Below are positions 29,401-38,469 of a DNA stretch of 64,000 nt, piece after piece. The notes under the pieces were generated by a model. That model ran no database searches, was not told the origin of the DNA, and worked only from the letters and a program-made list of their open reading frames with translations. The translations under genes were made by a program, and so were the position numbers. The stretch is from Planktothrix tepida (lineage in GTDB: Bacteria; Cyanobacteriota; Cyanobacteriia; Cyanobacteriales; Microcoleaceae): NCBI RefSeq assembly GCF_904830955.1, contig NZ_LR882970.1, one strand, 5' to 3'. Each line of letters opens with the position of its first letter. Positions within the stretch are counted from its first letter, which is position 1.

Positions 29401-31797
29401 CTCCAAAGTGAAGAACGATTGCGAGTTGCCCTTAAAAGTGCACCGATTACTTTATTTAATCAAGATCAAAATTTACGCTACACCTGGATTTATAATCCCT
29501 TTCTTCAACAATCTGTTGATGAAATTATCGGTCGCAGCGATTTTGACTTACTCCCACAAGAACAAGCATCCCAACTGGTTCAACTCAAACGCCAGGTTTT
29601 AGAAACCGCTACCGGGGCACGGGAGGAACTTTGTTTGATTATCCAGGAACAGAAATATTATTTTGATTTAACCATTGAACCCCTACGCAATACGGAGGAT
29701 GAAATCATCGGAGTTACTTGTTCTGGGGTTAATATTTCCGACCATAAACAAGTGGAATTAGCCTTACGCCAAAGTGAAGCCTTGGCTAATGCACGGGCTG
29801 AGGAATTGAGAACCTTTATGGAAACGGTTCCGGCTGCGGTTTGGGTTGCCCACGATCCCCAATGTCATGAGATGACAGCAAACCGGGCTGCCCATCAATT
29901 GGTACAGTTACCGTCTGGTAGCATTGTTACGGCTACCCCGGAAGATGGAAGTTATCCTTTTTTATTCACAATTCAACACCAGGGGGTTGATATTCCCCTG
30001 GAAGAGTTACCCATGCAAATAGCGGGACGCACGGGGGAGGATGTTGAGGCAGAATTTGAGTTTGTCTTTGAAAATGGGGAAGTTCGGTATATTTATGGTC
30101 GGGCGGTTCCCTTACGCGACGAGGGGGGGAAAATTCGAGGGGTTATTGGTGCGTTTTTAGATATTAGCGATCGCAAACGAGCCGAAGAGGAACTACGAGA
30201 ACGCGAACAACGGTTTATTACCTTATTTCATGGCATGGAAGATTGGGTACTGGTGTACCATCTCACGCCAGATTACCAACCCGGAACGTTTATCGAAGTT
30301 AATCAACAAGCGTGTAACAAGTTAGGCTTTAGTCGGGAAGAACTGCTTACGATGTCTGTGGCGGATATTGTGGGTTCATCCTGGGTTTATCCCCAAGCCA
30401 ATATAGAACAACTACTTCAGCAGAAGCGTTTGGTGGTGGAATCGGTGCATCGCACCAAACAGGGACATCGAATTCCGGTTGAAGTCAGTGCGACTCTGTT
30501 TACCCTCAATGGTTTACCAACGGTACAAGCGATTTGTCGAGATATTACTGAACGAAAACAAGCCGAACAAGAGCGAGAAAAACTGTTAACCCGTGAACGA
30601 GCCGCCCGGGAAGAAGCAGAAGTTGCAAACCGAATCAAAGATGAATTTTTAGCGGTTTTATCCCATGAGTTGCGATCGCCGTTGAATCCGATTTTAGGCT
30701 GGACAAAACTGTTACAAACTCGCAAATTTGATGCAGCAGGAACCGCCCGCGCCCTGGAAACGATTGAACGCAATGCCAAATTACAAACCCAATTGATTGA
30801 AGATTTATTAGATATTTCTCGAATTTTACGCGGAAAAATGGCGTTAAATATGGAGCCCGTTAATTTAATTTCCACCATTCAAGCCGCTTTAGAAACCGTG
30901 AAATTAGCCGCAGAAGCAAAGGGAATTCAGGTGACGTTTGAGGTGATTCCCGGCGAAGGTATGGGGGTGATTCCTCTGCGACAAGTTTTGAGAAGTCCCG
31001 AGGCCTTGTTCCCGGAATCTCAATCTTTTATCAATGTTTTAGGAGATAAAACTCGGTTGCAACAAGTGATGTGGAATTTGTTATCGAATGCGATTAAATT
31101 TACTCCTTCTGGAGGCGTTGTCGAGGTGCAATTAGAGTGTCGAGAAGGTCAAGCTCAAATTCAAGTTAAAGATACGGGAAAAGGAATTAATTCTGAATTT
31201 TTACCCTTTGTTTTTGACTATTTTCGTCAAGAAGATAGTACAACAACTCGTAAATTTGGTGGTTTAGGATTGGGATTAGCCATTGTTCGCCATCTCACAG
31301 AATTACATGGAGGAACAGTCAGCGTTGATAGTTTAGGAGAAGGACAAGGTGCGGTGTTTCTCGTCCAGTTACCTTTAATGGCTTATGAGCGGGAACAACC
31401 TCAATCTCCAACAATAGAGACTGAGGAAATTGACTTAATGGGGTTAAAAATTTTAGTGGTTGATGATGAAATTGATATTCGGGATTTAGTCGAATTTATA
31501 TTAGAACAAGCTGGGGCTGAAGTGAGAGTTGCTAACAGCGCACGGGAAGCTTTGGGTTTGATGTCGGAATTTTCGCCGGATGTGTTAATCTCGGATATTG
31601 GGATGCCAGAAATGGATGGTTATGGGTTAATTGCAGAAGTCAGAAAAACATCATCCATTCCTGCGATCGCTTTAACAGCTTATGCTGGAGAAACGAACCA
31701 GGCTTTAGCTCTAGCGGCTGGATTTCAAGTTCACCTCGCCAAACCCATAGAACCTGATGAGTTAGTTCTTGCTATTATTAATTTAACAAAAAAATAA
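26413..31797 (+). CDS. Giant hybrid sensor histidine kinase (1794 aa) with two kinase cores and two receivers: GAF - HisKA/HATPase - REC - multiple PAS - HisKA/HATPase - REC
   Basis: The first H-box is FFSNISHEFRTPL with HATPase (GSGIGLS). REC1 is ILLVEDNGDMR...VVSDIMMPELDGF. PAS repeats carry the ...DISDRK... signature. The second H-box is FLAVLSHELRSPLN with HATPase (GGLGLGLAI). REC2 is ILVVDDEIDIR...LISDIGMPEMDGY. Confidence 0.85.
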   Translation: MNINLSTDSFSGQGEIHQLICTLDWSKTLLGPPSQWPQSLRTAVSIILNSRYPMFIWWGEEYINLYNEAYRPILGTRKHPQFFGQSAKDCWAEVWDVVGLLAESVLHTGQPTWSENLMLIMHRSGYTEETYFTFSYSPITDESGGVGGIFCAVTETTEQIIGERRLQTLREIATATTDAKTVEIACQRAIEAIASNNMDIPFALLYRIQDGKQAYLAGTAGIEPNHPIALSPINLTENSDPWELNLVNQTGETLLLEDLNTRFDSLPMGVWDEPPQAAMVIPLTQKPQSQLAGFLILGISPRRAFDDSYRGFFDLIANQVAIAIANAQAYEAERQRSEALAELNRAKTAFFSNISHEFRTPLTLILGSLEETLLSPNSLNLDQQEQLQVAKRNSLRLLKLVNTLLDFSSLEAERFQAVYEPTDLSRFTTELASMFRSAIERAGMQLIIDCPPLPELIYIDREMWEKIVLNLLSNAFKFTFKGKITVSLRWMGDHVQLNVQDTGIGIRSKDIPHVFERFHRVSEAQGRTYEGSGIGLSLVKELVQLHAGTIEISSIPGEGSCFIVSIPSGCAHLDTDQICQTTRYNSSPLEATAYLEEVMSWENPSCIAPLKPFLSPTSRILLVEDNGDMRNYMQRLLSQHYQVESVHHGLAALEAIHRQKPDLVVSDIMMPELDGFELLHTLRRDPRTQEIPIILLSARAGEEATIEGLEAGADDYLIKPFSARELLARVHSILELTRLRQEATIREQELNTTKAQVIDILESITDGFFALDHQWRFTYINQASERLFLKTRGELLGCNLWEIYPNFLKSIEAQKLHQVMENQEAEHFETSTIHPGFWYEAHVYPYQEGLAVYWRDITERKQAEVSLRQSEERFRVAQELSLDAFTILQSVRDETGKIIDFEWTYVNPKAADVLHQTIEKLIGQRLLEVLPGNKTNSDLFERYVRVVETGEPHDIELCYQSEGIMGWFRNMCVKIGDGVAISFSDISDRKLSEAALLQSEERLRVALKSAPITLFNQDQNLRYTWIYNPFLQQSVDEIIGRSDFDLLPQEQASQLVQLKRQVLETATGAREELCLIIQEQKYYFDLTIEPLRNTEDEIIGVTCSGVNISDHKQVELALRQSEALANARAEELRTFMETVPAAVWVAHDPQCHEMTANRAAHQLVQLPSGSIVTATPEDGSYPFLFTIQHQGVDIPLEELPMQIAGRTGEDVEAEFEFVFENGEVRYIYGRAVPLRDEGGKIRGVIGAFLDISDRKRAEEELREREQRFITLFHGMEDWVLVYHLTPDYQPGTFIEVNQQACNKLGFSREELLTMSVADIVGSSWVYPQANIEQLLQQKRLVVESVHRTKQGHRIPVEVSATLFTLNGLPTVQAICRDITERKQAEQEREKLLTRERAAREEAEVANRIKDEFLAVLSHELRSPLNPILGWTKLLQTRKFDAAGTARALETIERNAKLQTQLIEDLLDISRILRGKMALNMEPVNLISTIQAALETVKLAAEAKGIQVTFEVIPGEGMGVIPLRQVLRSPEALFPESQSFINVLGDKTRLQQVMWNLLSNAIKFTPSGGVVEVQLECREGQAQIQVKDTGKGINSEFLPFVFDYFRQEDSTTTRKFGGLGLGLAIVRHLTELHGGTVSVDSLGEGQGAVFLVQLPLMAYEREQPQSPTIETEEIDLMGLKILVVDDEIDIRDLVEFILEQAGAEVRVANSAREALGLMSEFSPDVLISDIGMPEMDGYGLIAEVRKTSSIPAIALTAYAGETNQALALAAGFQVHLAKPIEPDELVLAIINLTKK

Positions 31798-31953
31798 AGC
31801 GGTTAGGAATCGGATGGGGTTGTCACCCCAACAAAAACCTGATAAAATTATAGGTATAGCCCTCGCACCTTTCTGAAAATAGGGCAGCTAAAAAAATACG
31901 ACCCGTAGAAGATTGAGATAACTTCAGCTTTCACCCCAATTTGGTGCTGTGCT

Positions 31954-34260
31954 ATGACTATTTCTAAGTCGGTTTCGACTAACGGTAAACTTTCTAAAGA
32001 TACTGTATCATCCGAGTCTACAGAACCATTAACCGTGTCCGAGAAAGTTGAACCCCTTCAGGATTGGAAACAGAGTTTAGAACAGTTATTCTATTTACAG
32101 CGCTGTAGTCATCTGTTGATGGCAGTAATTGAGCCACAAACTTTAATCTTGCGTTATGGAAATGAATTATTTTGTCAAGTTTCTAAGATTCATTCAACTT
32201 TATTAGGGTCAGAAACGGGATTATCGGCGAAGTTGCTGGGAAAAAATAAAAATCCTAAAATTGAAGACGGACTCTTTAACGGCTTAAATATTAAAATTTC
32301 AGATCTCTTTCAACAGTGGGATAGTTTAACCTTTGAACAACTCTATCGTTATCATCTCTTACATCACATTCTGAAGCAATATTATGACATTGATTTACAA
32401 TCTTTACAACTCTTTAATCAGTCGGCGATCGCTATTTTAAATTCAGCTAATACTTCAGAACAACGATTTATTCAAATTTGGTTAAATTCCGATTTATTAC
32501 AGATCACAAAACTTAATTCTCAACTCGATGACTTTGCAGAGTTTAAATTTAACTTAATGCCCTTCTCTGAGCGAGAAAGTTGGTTTTTAAAACCTGGAAA
32601 TTTAGATGACATTGCCCAAAAATTAAATTTAGAAAACTATCAAGTCAAGGGAGTATTTTTGTTAGAAGGATTAGAGATTACAGAATCCGAACAAATGCGT
32701 CGTCTTACCCATCAATTAATTAGTCGAGATTTAATAGTCCAATCTCAGCAATGGGAAAATATTCAACAACAATTACAAGCTTTATTTCGAGTTAAAACTT
32801 GTTTAGTCATGAGAATTCAAGGACAAGAAGCCAAATTATCCCAGAGTTTAAATAATAATCCCCTTCACCAACCCATCATTTATCCTCTGGATACCTTAAA
32901 AGATTCTCCGATGTTACAAGCACTTCAAGACAATCAAGTCATTAATATTCCCGACCTGAGACAACAGTGTTTTACAGATTGTGAACGCTATTTAAGAAAG
33001 CTAAATATACGTTCGGTTTTATTAATTCCCTTAGTGATTCAATCCGTTAATTTACAAGGAAGTCAACAAATTTTAGGGGTGGTAGGATTAACGAGTGATC
33101 ACCCCAACCATTTTACCTTAAGTGATGTTAAAAATGCCTATCAATTAATCCCAGCTTTTATTACAGCATTCTGCCATTGTTTACAAGAACAATTCACAAA
33201 CTTACGCAATATTCATCCTTCCGTTGAATGGCGATTTTTACAAGAAGCAGAGCGCCGGAGTTGGGGATTTCAACCCGAAACAATTATCTTTGAAACCGTT
33301 TATCCCCTCTATGGAATTTCTGATATTCGAGGTTCATCAGAACAACGAAATCGGGCGATTCAGGTAGATTTACTAGAACAATTTCAATTAGCTATTAATA
33401 TTGTAGAAGCTTTATGTGAAACCCAAAAATCCTCATTAGGAGAACAGCTTAAACTGGATTTACAAGACTATATTACTCAACTTAAAACAGAAATTAATGT
33501 TGAAATTGAAATGAGTTCAACGGATTATTTGAAAGAGCATTTAGAAATTTATTTTGATTGTTTTTCTCAGTGTAGTCCCAAGGTACAAACTGCTTTAAAA
33601 CAGTATAAAGAAGCTTGTAACAATGAACATGGATGTGTTTATACTGCCCGATCTTACTATGATGAAATGTTAAACCTAATTACCTATCATTTACAACAAG
33701 TTTGGACACACTGGCAAGAGCAAATGCAGGCTATTCTTCCCCATTATTGTGAAATGGAATTTAGTGATGGAATGGATCATATTATTTATGTTGGAAAGTC
33801 CATTGATTCTCGGTTTACCTCCTTTCATATCCGCAGTTTAAGATATGAACAACTGAGGGCAATGTGTGATTGCGCCCGCAGGATATTTCGCTTAAAATCA
33901 GAACAAAAAATAACCCTAGATTTAGCCCATTTAGTCTTAGTCCAATATACCCCGATTGATATTTTTCATGATGAGAATACCGAAGGTATTTTTGCTGTTC
34001 GAGGAACCCGTGATATCCGGTATGAAATTGTTAAAAAACGGATTGATAAAGGCGTGGATAAAGACACCAAAATTCGCATTACCCAACCCGGAATGCTAAC
34101 CCTAGTTTATTCAACAGAAGAAGAATGGCAAGAATATGAACAATATTTTCGCTATTTGCATCGGGAAGGGTGGGTAGATTCTCAAATTGAATTTGGAATC
34201 GTTGATCCCCTTCCGGGCGTTAGTGGGCTAAATTATGCGCGTGTTGCTATTCTGGAATAA
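31954..34260 (+). CDS. Large conserved hypothetical protein (768 aa), possibly GAF-like region
   Basis: Long uninterrupted ORF with no confidently recognisable motif. Confidence 0.55.
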   Translation: MTISKSVSTNGKLSKDTVSSESTEPLTVSEKVEPLQDWKQSLEQLFYLQRCSHLLMAVIEPQTLILRYGNELFCQVSKIHSTLLGSETGLSAKLLGKNKNPKIEDGLFNGLNIKISDLFQQWDSLTFEQLYRYHLLHHILKQYYDIDLQSLQLFNQSAIAILNSANTSEQRFIQIWLNSDLLQITKLNSQLDDFAEFKFNLMPFSERESWFLKPGNLDDIAQKLNLENYQVKGVFLLEGLEITESEQMRRLTHQLISRDLIVQSQQWENIQQQLQALFRVKTCLVMRIQGQEAKLSQSLNNNPLHQPIIYPLDTLKDSPMLQALQDNQVINIPDLRQQCFTDCERYLRKLNIRSVLLIPLVIQSVNLQGSQQILGVVGLTSDHPNHFTLSDVKNAYQLIPAFITAFCHCLQEQFTNLRNIHPSVEWRFLQEAERRSWGFQPETIIFETVYPLYGISDIRGSSEQRNRAIQVDLLEQFQLAINIVEALCETQKSSLGEQLKLDLQDYITQLKTEINVEIEMSSTDYLKEHLEIYFDCFSQCSPKVQTALKQYKEACNNEHGCVYTARSYYDEMLNLITYHLQQVWTHWQEQMQAILPHYCEMEFSDGMDHIIYVGKSIDSRFTSFHIRSLRYEQLRAMCDCARRIFRLKSEQKITLDLAHLVLVQYTPIDIFHDENTEGIFAVRGTRDIRYEIVKKRIDKGVDKDTKIRITQPGMLTLVYSTEEEWQEYEQYFRYLHREGWVDSQIEFGIVDPLPGVSGLNYARVAILE

Positions 34261-34271
34261 GGCAATAACCC

Positions 34272-35681
34272 TTACTCGTTCATCGTTTTATAGGTAGAAA
34301 CAGCAGAAGGTGAACTGCGGTTGAGATATCGGAAAATCCAATATTTAAACACCGCATCTAGGATAACCGGAAAAGTAGCAATAAACAGAAAATTAAAATC
34401 CCGATTTTCAGGGAGTCCAAAATGTCGCGCTGTACTTTCTAATATTACTTCCCAACCGTGGGGAGAGTGGAACCCCACAAACATATCGGTGGATAAAATA
34501 ATGATAAACGCTTTAGCACTATCACTCAATCCATAAATTAAATCCCCCATAAAGGATTTCAGAATCTCTACCTCTTTCCGGTTTGAAACTAGCACAAAAC
34601 AGAACATGAAAACAGCGATAATATCAGCAAAAACATTTTTGATGGCGTTACTTCCGTCAACTTTATATTCTTCCGCTAATTCTTTGGCTTTTTCCTCTAA
34701 TTTTTCATCGAGTTCCTGTGGGGTTAGGGGAGGAGCTTGACCAATTAAGGTTTGAAATTTCAGCCGTTGTTCATAATGCTGAAGTTCAACAAAAGCTTCC
34801 TCCTCCATATTAACATTCAGAAAAATAGGCGTTTGCTCTTGATTGGTAAAAATTCGATCCACAAGGGGGCCGACTACAAAATTTTTAGCCAATTGTTGCG
34901 TGAGTAAGGGAATTAAAATTAACAATAAAACAAATCGGATAGAAACAAGGGTTTTGATTTTAGATTTTCGATAGTTTTGGATCATTTCAAACTCAGATTC
35001 TGGTCTGAGTTCCTGTTGAACCCGATTTAAAGTTCTCAGTAAAGATCGAGGAAGAACACTGGGGGAAGGTTTAGTCGTTAAATCCTGTTGAATTGTTTTT
35101 CCCGAACTCGAAGTCGGACTTCCATTATTCAAAGATTTATTCGTTCCCGGAGTATTTGTAATGCTAAGATCTTGATTAATAACTGTGTTCCGCAGCGATA
35201 GAGATTGATTCGTAGGAGCGTTCATTAAAGCAACGGAATCTTCCGGTGGCATGGGGTGGTATCGCGAAATCACCGTATCAATATAATCGAGCTTTTCACA
35301 GATAATAGAAATAATTTTAGAGTCAGGTAATGAACCATTCCTTTCCAGGTTATGGGTGATTTCACCGTTCACCGTTGAGGCTGGATTGAGTTGTTCAGAT
35401 AATCCCAAAACAGAACGACTAGCATTAAATACCATTAAGCGAGTCTGAATCATTTTGAGATGTTTTTTCAGTTCAGAATTAAAATAAGCCAGAGTGCGAT
35501 CGCTATATTCAGCATGAGATTCCGAGGGAATTTTTTCCCCTTGAAAATGCTCATTTTCCAGGGAACGAATCTTCAAAGCGGCATCATAAGCTTGATCTAA
35601 AGCTCGTTCAGGCGTATCACGGAACCATTGATTCGCATTCCCAAACCATCGTTTTAAGAAATTAGAGCTAGAAGTCGTCAT
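34272..35681 (-). CDS. pxcA: Proton-extrusion protein PxcA (CemA/Ycf10 family)
   Basis: The C-terminal domain has GFHSPHGWE and TFPVILDAVFKYWIFRYLNRSSPS, essentially the CemA family signature. N-terminal extension and length (469 aa) are typical of cyanobacterial PxcA. Confidence 0.85.
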   Translation of the reverse strand: MTTSSSNFLKRWFGNANQWFRDTPERALDQAYDAALKIRSLENEHFQGEKIPSESHAEYSDRTLAYFNSELKKHLKMIQTRLMVFNASRSVLGLSEQLNPASTVNGEITHNLERNGSLPDSKIISIICEKLDYIDTVISRYHPMPPEDSVALMNAPTNQSLSLRNTVINQDLSITNTPGTNKSLNNGSPTSSSGKTIQQDLTTKPSPSVLPRSLLRTLNRVQQELRPESEFEMIQNYRKSKIKTLVSIRFVLLLILIPLLTQQLAKNFVVGPLVDRIFTNQEQTPIFLNVNMEEEAFVELQHYEQRLKFQTLIGQAPPLTPQELDEKLEEKAKELAEEYKVDGSNAIKNVFADIIAVFMFCFVLVSNRKEVEILKSFMGDLIYGLSDSAKAFIIILSTDMFVGFHSPHGWEVILESTARHFGLPENRDFNFLFIATFPVILDAVFKYWIFRYLNRSSPSAVSTYKTMNE

Positions 35682-35684
35682 AGT

Positions 35685-35717
35685 TCAGTTATCAGTTATC
35701 AGTTATCAGTTATCAGT
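35685..35717. repeat. STRR-like heptamer tandem repeat (about 4.5x CAGTTAT) at the pxcA start
   Basis: The sequence reads cagttatcagttatcagttatcagttatcagtcag directly. Confidence 0.9.
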
Positions 35718-35758
35718 CAGGAGTCTTCAAGTGTCCCCTATCGTATGACTTGTGACTG

Positions 35759-37981
35759 TTGCCTCCTACTTGCTCTGTCCTGTCTGCTGTCTACTGTCTT
35801 TTTGATCGGTACAATGTACGGGATATCTTAGCAAATTTCTATCGGATTGCTGTGCTGTCTCCTGCTTTGTGGATTACTGGAGGTTCCCGTAGTGGCAAAA
35901 CCACTCGCCTCATTGAGTTATTTTGTGAATGGACACCTGTATTGGGAACACGCCCCAACCCCCAACGGGGGAAAAAGAAAACGGAAAAAAGCCGATTAAA
36001 GCTTCAACTCACGGGGACGACGACCTTAATTTTTGCGGCTAATAGTGATAATCGGATGGTCTTAGCAGAGCGTTTGACCACTACACCCCAGGGACAATAT
36101 TCTTTTTACTCCACAACCCCTTTAGGCTTTTTTCAAGATGAAGTGATTCTATTTTGGCCCCTATTAGTCGAAAAGTTAGGGTTAAAAGCTCAATTTCCCC
36201 TGCGATTACGTCCTGAAACTGAACAGGAACTTGCACTGGCACTTTGGAGTCGTGATCTAGAAATCCACAGCTTAGAACGTCCAGGGATTAGCGTTAATCG
36301 TAGGGTGCGCCAAGTCTTGGATCTTCTACAACTGGCTGCTCTGAGTGGAACCTCCATTGAAGACATTCCTCAGATTTTACAGCAGGGGTTTGACTCCCGC
36401 AGACAGACAATAGAAACCCTGAATCAACAAATCGGTTTTTGGTTGAAACAGTGGCAAAACTGGTGTTTAGAACGGGGGTTACTCACCTATGGGATAATTG
36501 CAGACCTCTATGGTCAACACCTGCTGCATCATCCCATCTATCAAAAACACTTACTGCGTCGATATCCAGTGGTTTTAGCTGATGATGTGGATGAATATCC
36601 CGCCCTCGCTCGCCACTTGTTTGAGTTCTTTCTGGAGCAGGGAAAAATGGCTGCATTTACCTACAATCCAAAGGGGGCTGTACGGTTGGGGTTAGGGGCT
36701 GATCCCAATGACCTCGCCAGTTTACAATCCCGTTGTCGTGTGGAAACCTTAGACTCACCCCAAGGTTTAGGAAAAGACCTGGCGCAACCAATTTTGGAAT
36801 TAGTGTTTGAAAATGCGATCGCCTTTCCCGACTCCCTATTATTTTCTCCTAATATTAAATCGATTCAAACCCTATCACGGGCTGATTTACTGCGACAAAC
36901 GGCTGAACAGATTATTGCAGGCGTAAAAACAGGTCAAGTACAACCGGATGAAATTGCTGTTATTGCTCCCGGTTTAGATGCCATTGCCCGTTATACCCTG
37001 CGAGAACTGCTCAACCATGCAGGTATTACGGTGGAGTCGATGCAAGAACAACGTCCCCTCGTCAGTTCTCCCCTGGTTCGAGCTTTATTAACCCTCATGG
37101 CCTTGATTTATCCGGGAAATGGTCGCCTTGTCCACCGAGATGCGATCGCAGAAATGCTGGTAACTCTCAGTTATGAAGGGAACAGGGAATTGTCAACCCC
37201 TGTGATTGACCCTGTACGGGCTGGTCTGTTGGCGGATCATTGTTTTGTGCCAGATTGGGAAAATCCTCGGTTGCTTCCGGTGACGGCTTTTCCCCGTTGG
37301 GATCGGTTGGGATATCAAGCGACCCAAGCTTACCAACAGATTCTGCATTGGATTGAAGTTCAACAACAACAGTATCAACAACGACTCTTAGCCAGTCCGG
37401 TGGTGCTGTTAGACCGGGGAATTCAGCAATTTTTAATTCATGATTCTAGTTTAAGACCCGATCAATTGTCCGTCCTGCGAGAGTTAATGGAAACGGCAAT
37501 TCATTATTGGGAGGTGCAGAATCGTTTACAACTGCAAACTGGTGTTACCCCTTCAGAACAAGTGGGTCAGTTTATTCAGTTATTGCGTCTAGGAGTCGTT
37601 TCTGCGAATCCCTATCCGATATCCAGTTTGGGGATTAAACCTGGGGGGGTGACTTTAGGCACGATTTTCCAATATCGGGCCAGTCGAGCATCCCATCGTT
37701 GGCACTTTTGGCTTGATGTAGGATCTCCCTTGTGGTTAAGTGGGGGAGCAAGTATTCTGTGGGGAGCACCCCTGTTTTTAAGGGAACGAGAGCATCGTCC
37801 CTGGACAGTGGAAGAGGGGTTGGAAGCTGATCTACAACGATTACGTCGTATTATTGTAGATTTGTTGAGTCGGGTCAGCGATCGCTTAATTCTGTGTCAC
37901 AGTGATTTAGCGGTTAATGGCCAAGAACAACTGGGCCCCCTTTATCAGTTATCAGTTATCAGTAATCAGGATTATTATTGA
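35759..37981 (+). CDS. P-loop NTPase, distantly UvrD/AddB-like (degenerate helicase motifs)
   Basis: Walker A-like ITGGSRSGKTT near the N-terminus. VVLADDVDEY resembles helicase motif II. The C-terminal codons run into a heptamer repeat (QLSVISNQ). Assignment is weak. Confidence 0.45.
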   Translation: MPPTCSVLSAVYCLFDRYNVRDILANFYRIAVLSPALWITGGSRSGKTTRLIELFCEWTPVLGTRPNPQRGKKKTEKSRLKLQLTGTTTLIFAANSDNRMVLAERLTTTPQGQYSFYSTTPLGFFQDEVILFWPLLVEKLGLKAQFPLRLRPETEQELALALWSRDLEIHSLERPGISVNRRVRQVLDLLQLAALSGTSIEDIPQILQQGFDSRRQTIETLNQQIGFWLKQWQNWCLERGLLTYGIIADLYGQHLLHHPIYQKHLLRRYPVVLADDVDEYPALARHLFEFFLEQGKMAAFTYNPKGAVRLGLGADPNDLASLQSRCRVETLDSPQGLGKDLAQPILELVFENAIAFPDSLLFSPNIKSIQTLSRADLLRQTAEQIIAGVKTGQVQPDEIAVIAPGLDAIARYTLRELLNHAGITVESMQEQRPLVSSPLVRALLTLMALIYPGNGRLVHRDAIAEMLVTLSYEGNRELSTPVIDPVRAGLLADHCFVPDWENPRLLPVTAFPRWDRLGYQATQAYQQILHWIEVQQQQYQQRLLASPVVLLDRGIQQFLIHDSSLRPDQLSVLRELMETAIHYWEVQNRLQLQTGVTPSEQVGQFIQLLRLGVVSANPYPISSLGIKPGGVTLGTIFQYRASRASHRWHFWLDVGSPLWLSGGASILWGAPLFLREREHRPWTVEEGLEADLQRLRRIIVDLLSRVSDRLILCHSDLAVNGQEQLGPLYQLSVISNQDYY
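37941..37969. repeat. STRR-like heptamer repeat (TTATCAG x about 3) embedded in the last codons of the upstream CDS
   Basis: ttatcagttatcagttatcagtaatcag, translated in frame as LYQLSVISNQ. Confidence 0.85.
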
Positions 37982-38469
37982 ACTGTAAGTTGGGGAATAT
38001 TAGGTTTCGATTGGTTCAAATTGAACAAGCGAAAAAATAAGATAATATAGGAGATAGTGTTGGGACGCCACTTTTGCACAGGATCATCTACCCAAACAGT
38101 CACCCTAGAAGGTAAATTTAACCTTCAGACTAACCTATAAAATCTCACACAAGGACTTAAAATCAATGAAGTGCAAGTTTTAACTTTTCTTCTTTCTTTT
38201 TCTAAGTTCTTCATCATTTTGAATCAACAATTTTCAATTTTGGAAGGCTTCCGCAAGGAGGCTTACTCATTTTTGAAATAGAAAAATTTTACTAATAATA
38301 TTAAAATGGAGTTGGCTATGTTTGTTTTCAGGTAAACAATTGAATTCGATAAATTTATAGAAATTGATGTTACTATCATCAACCCTTCTGGGAATGCTAT
38401 AAATGAAACGAGGTTGGGGTGTAAGGAGTTAATTTGATTGCTTGGGTTTATTCATGAGGAGACTAAGAA

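Noticed and set aside
9790-30878. Short internal or antisense ORFs (9790..9975, 10715..10960, 10953..11225, 16395..16586, 18707..18895, 21038..21232, 21061..21312, 23798..23983, 26752..27090, 28146..28412, 29276..29602, 30417..30878, 34321..34536, 37193..37381)
   Set aside because: They are fully nested within longer ORFs that have clear domain content, and they have no motifs of their own. They are treated as spurious.
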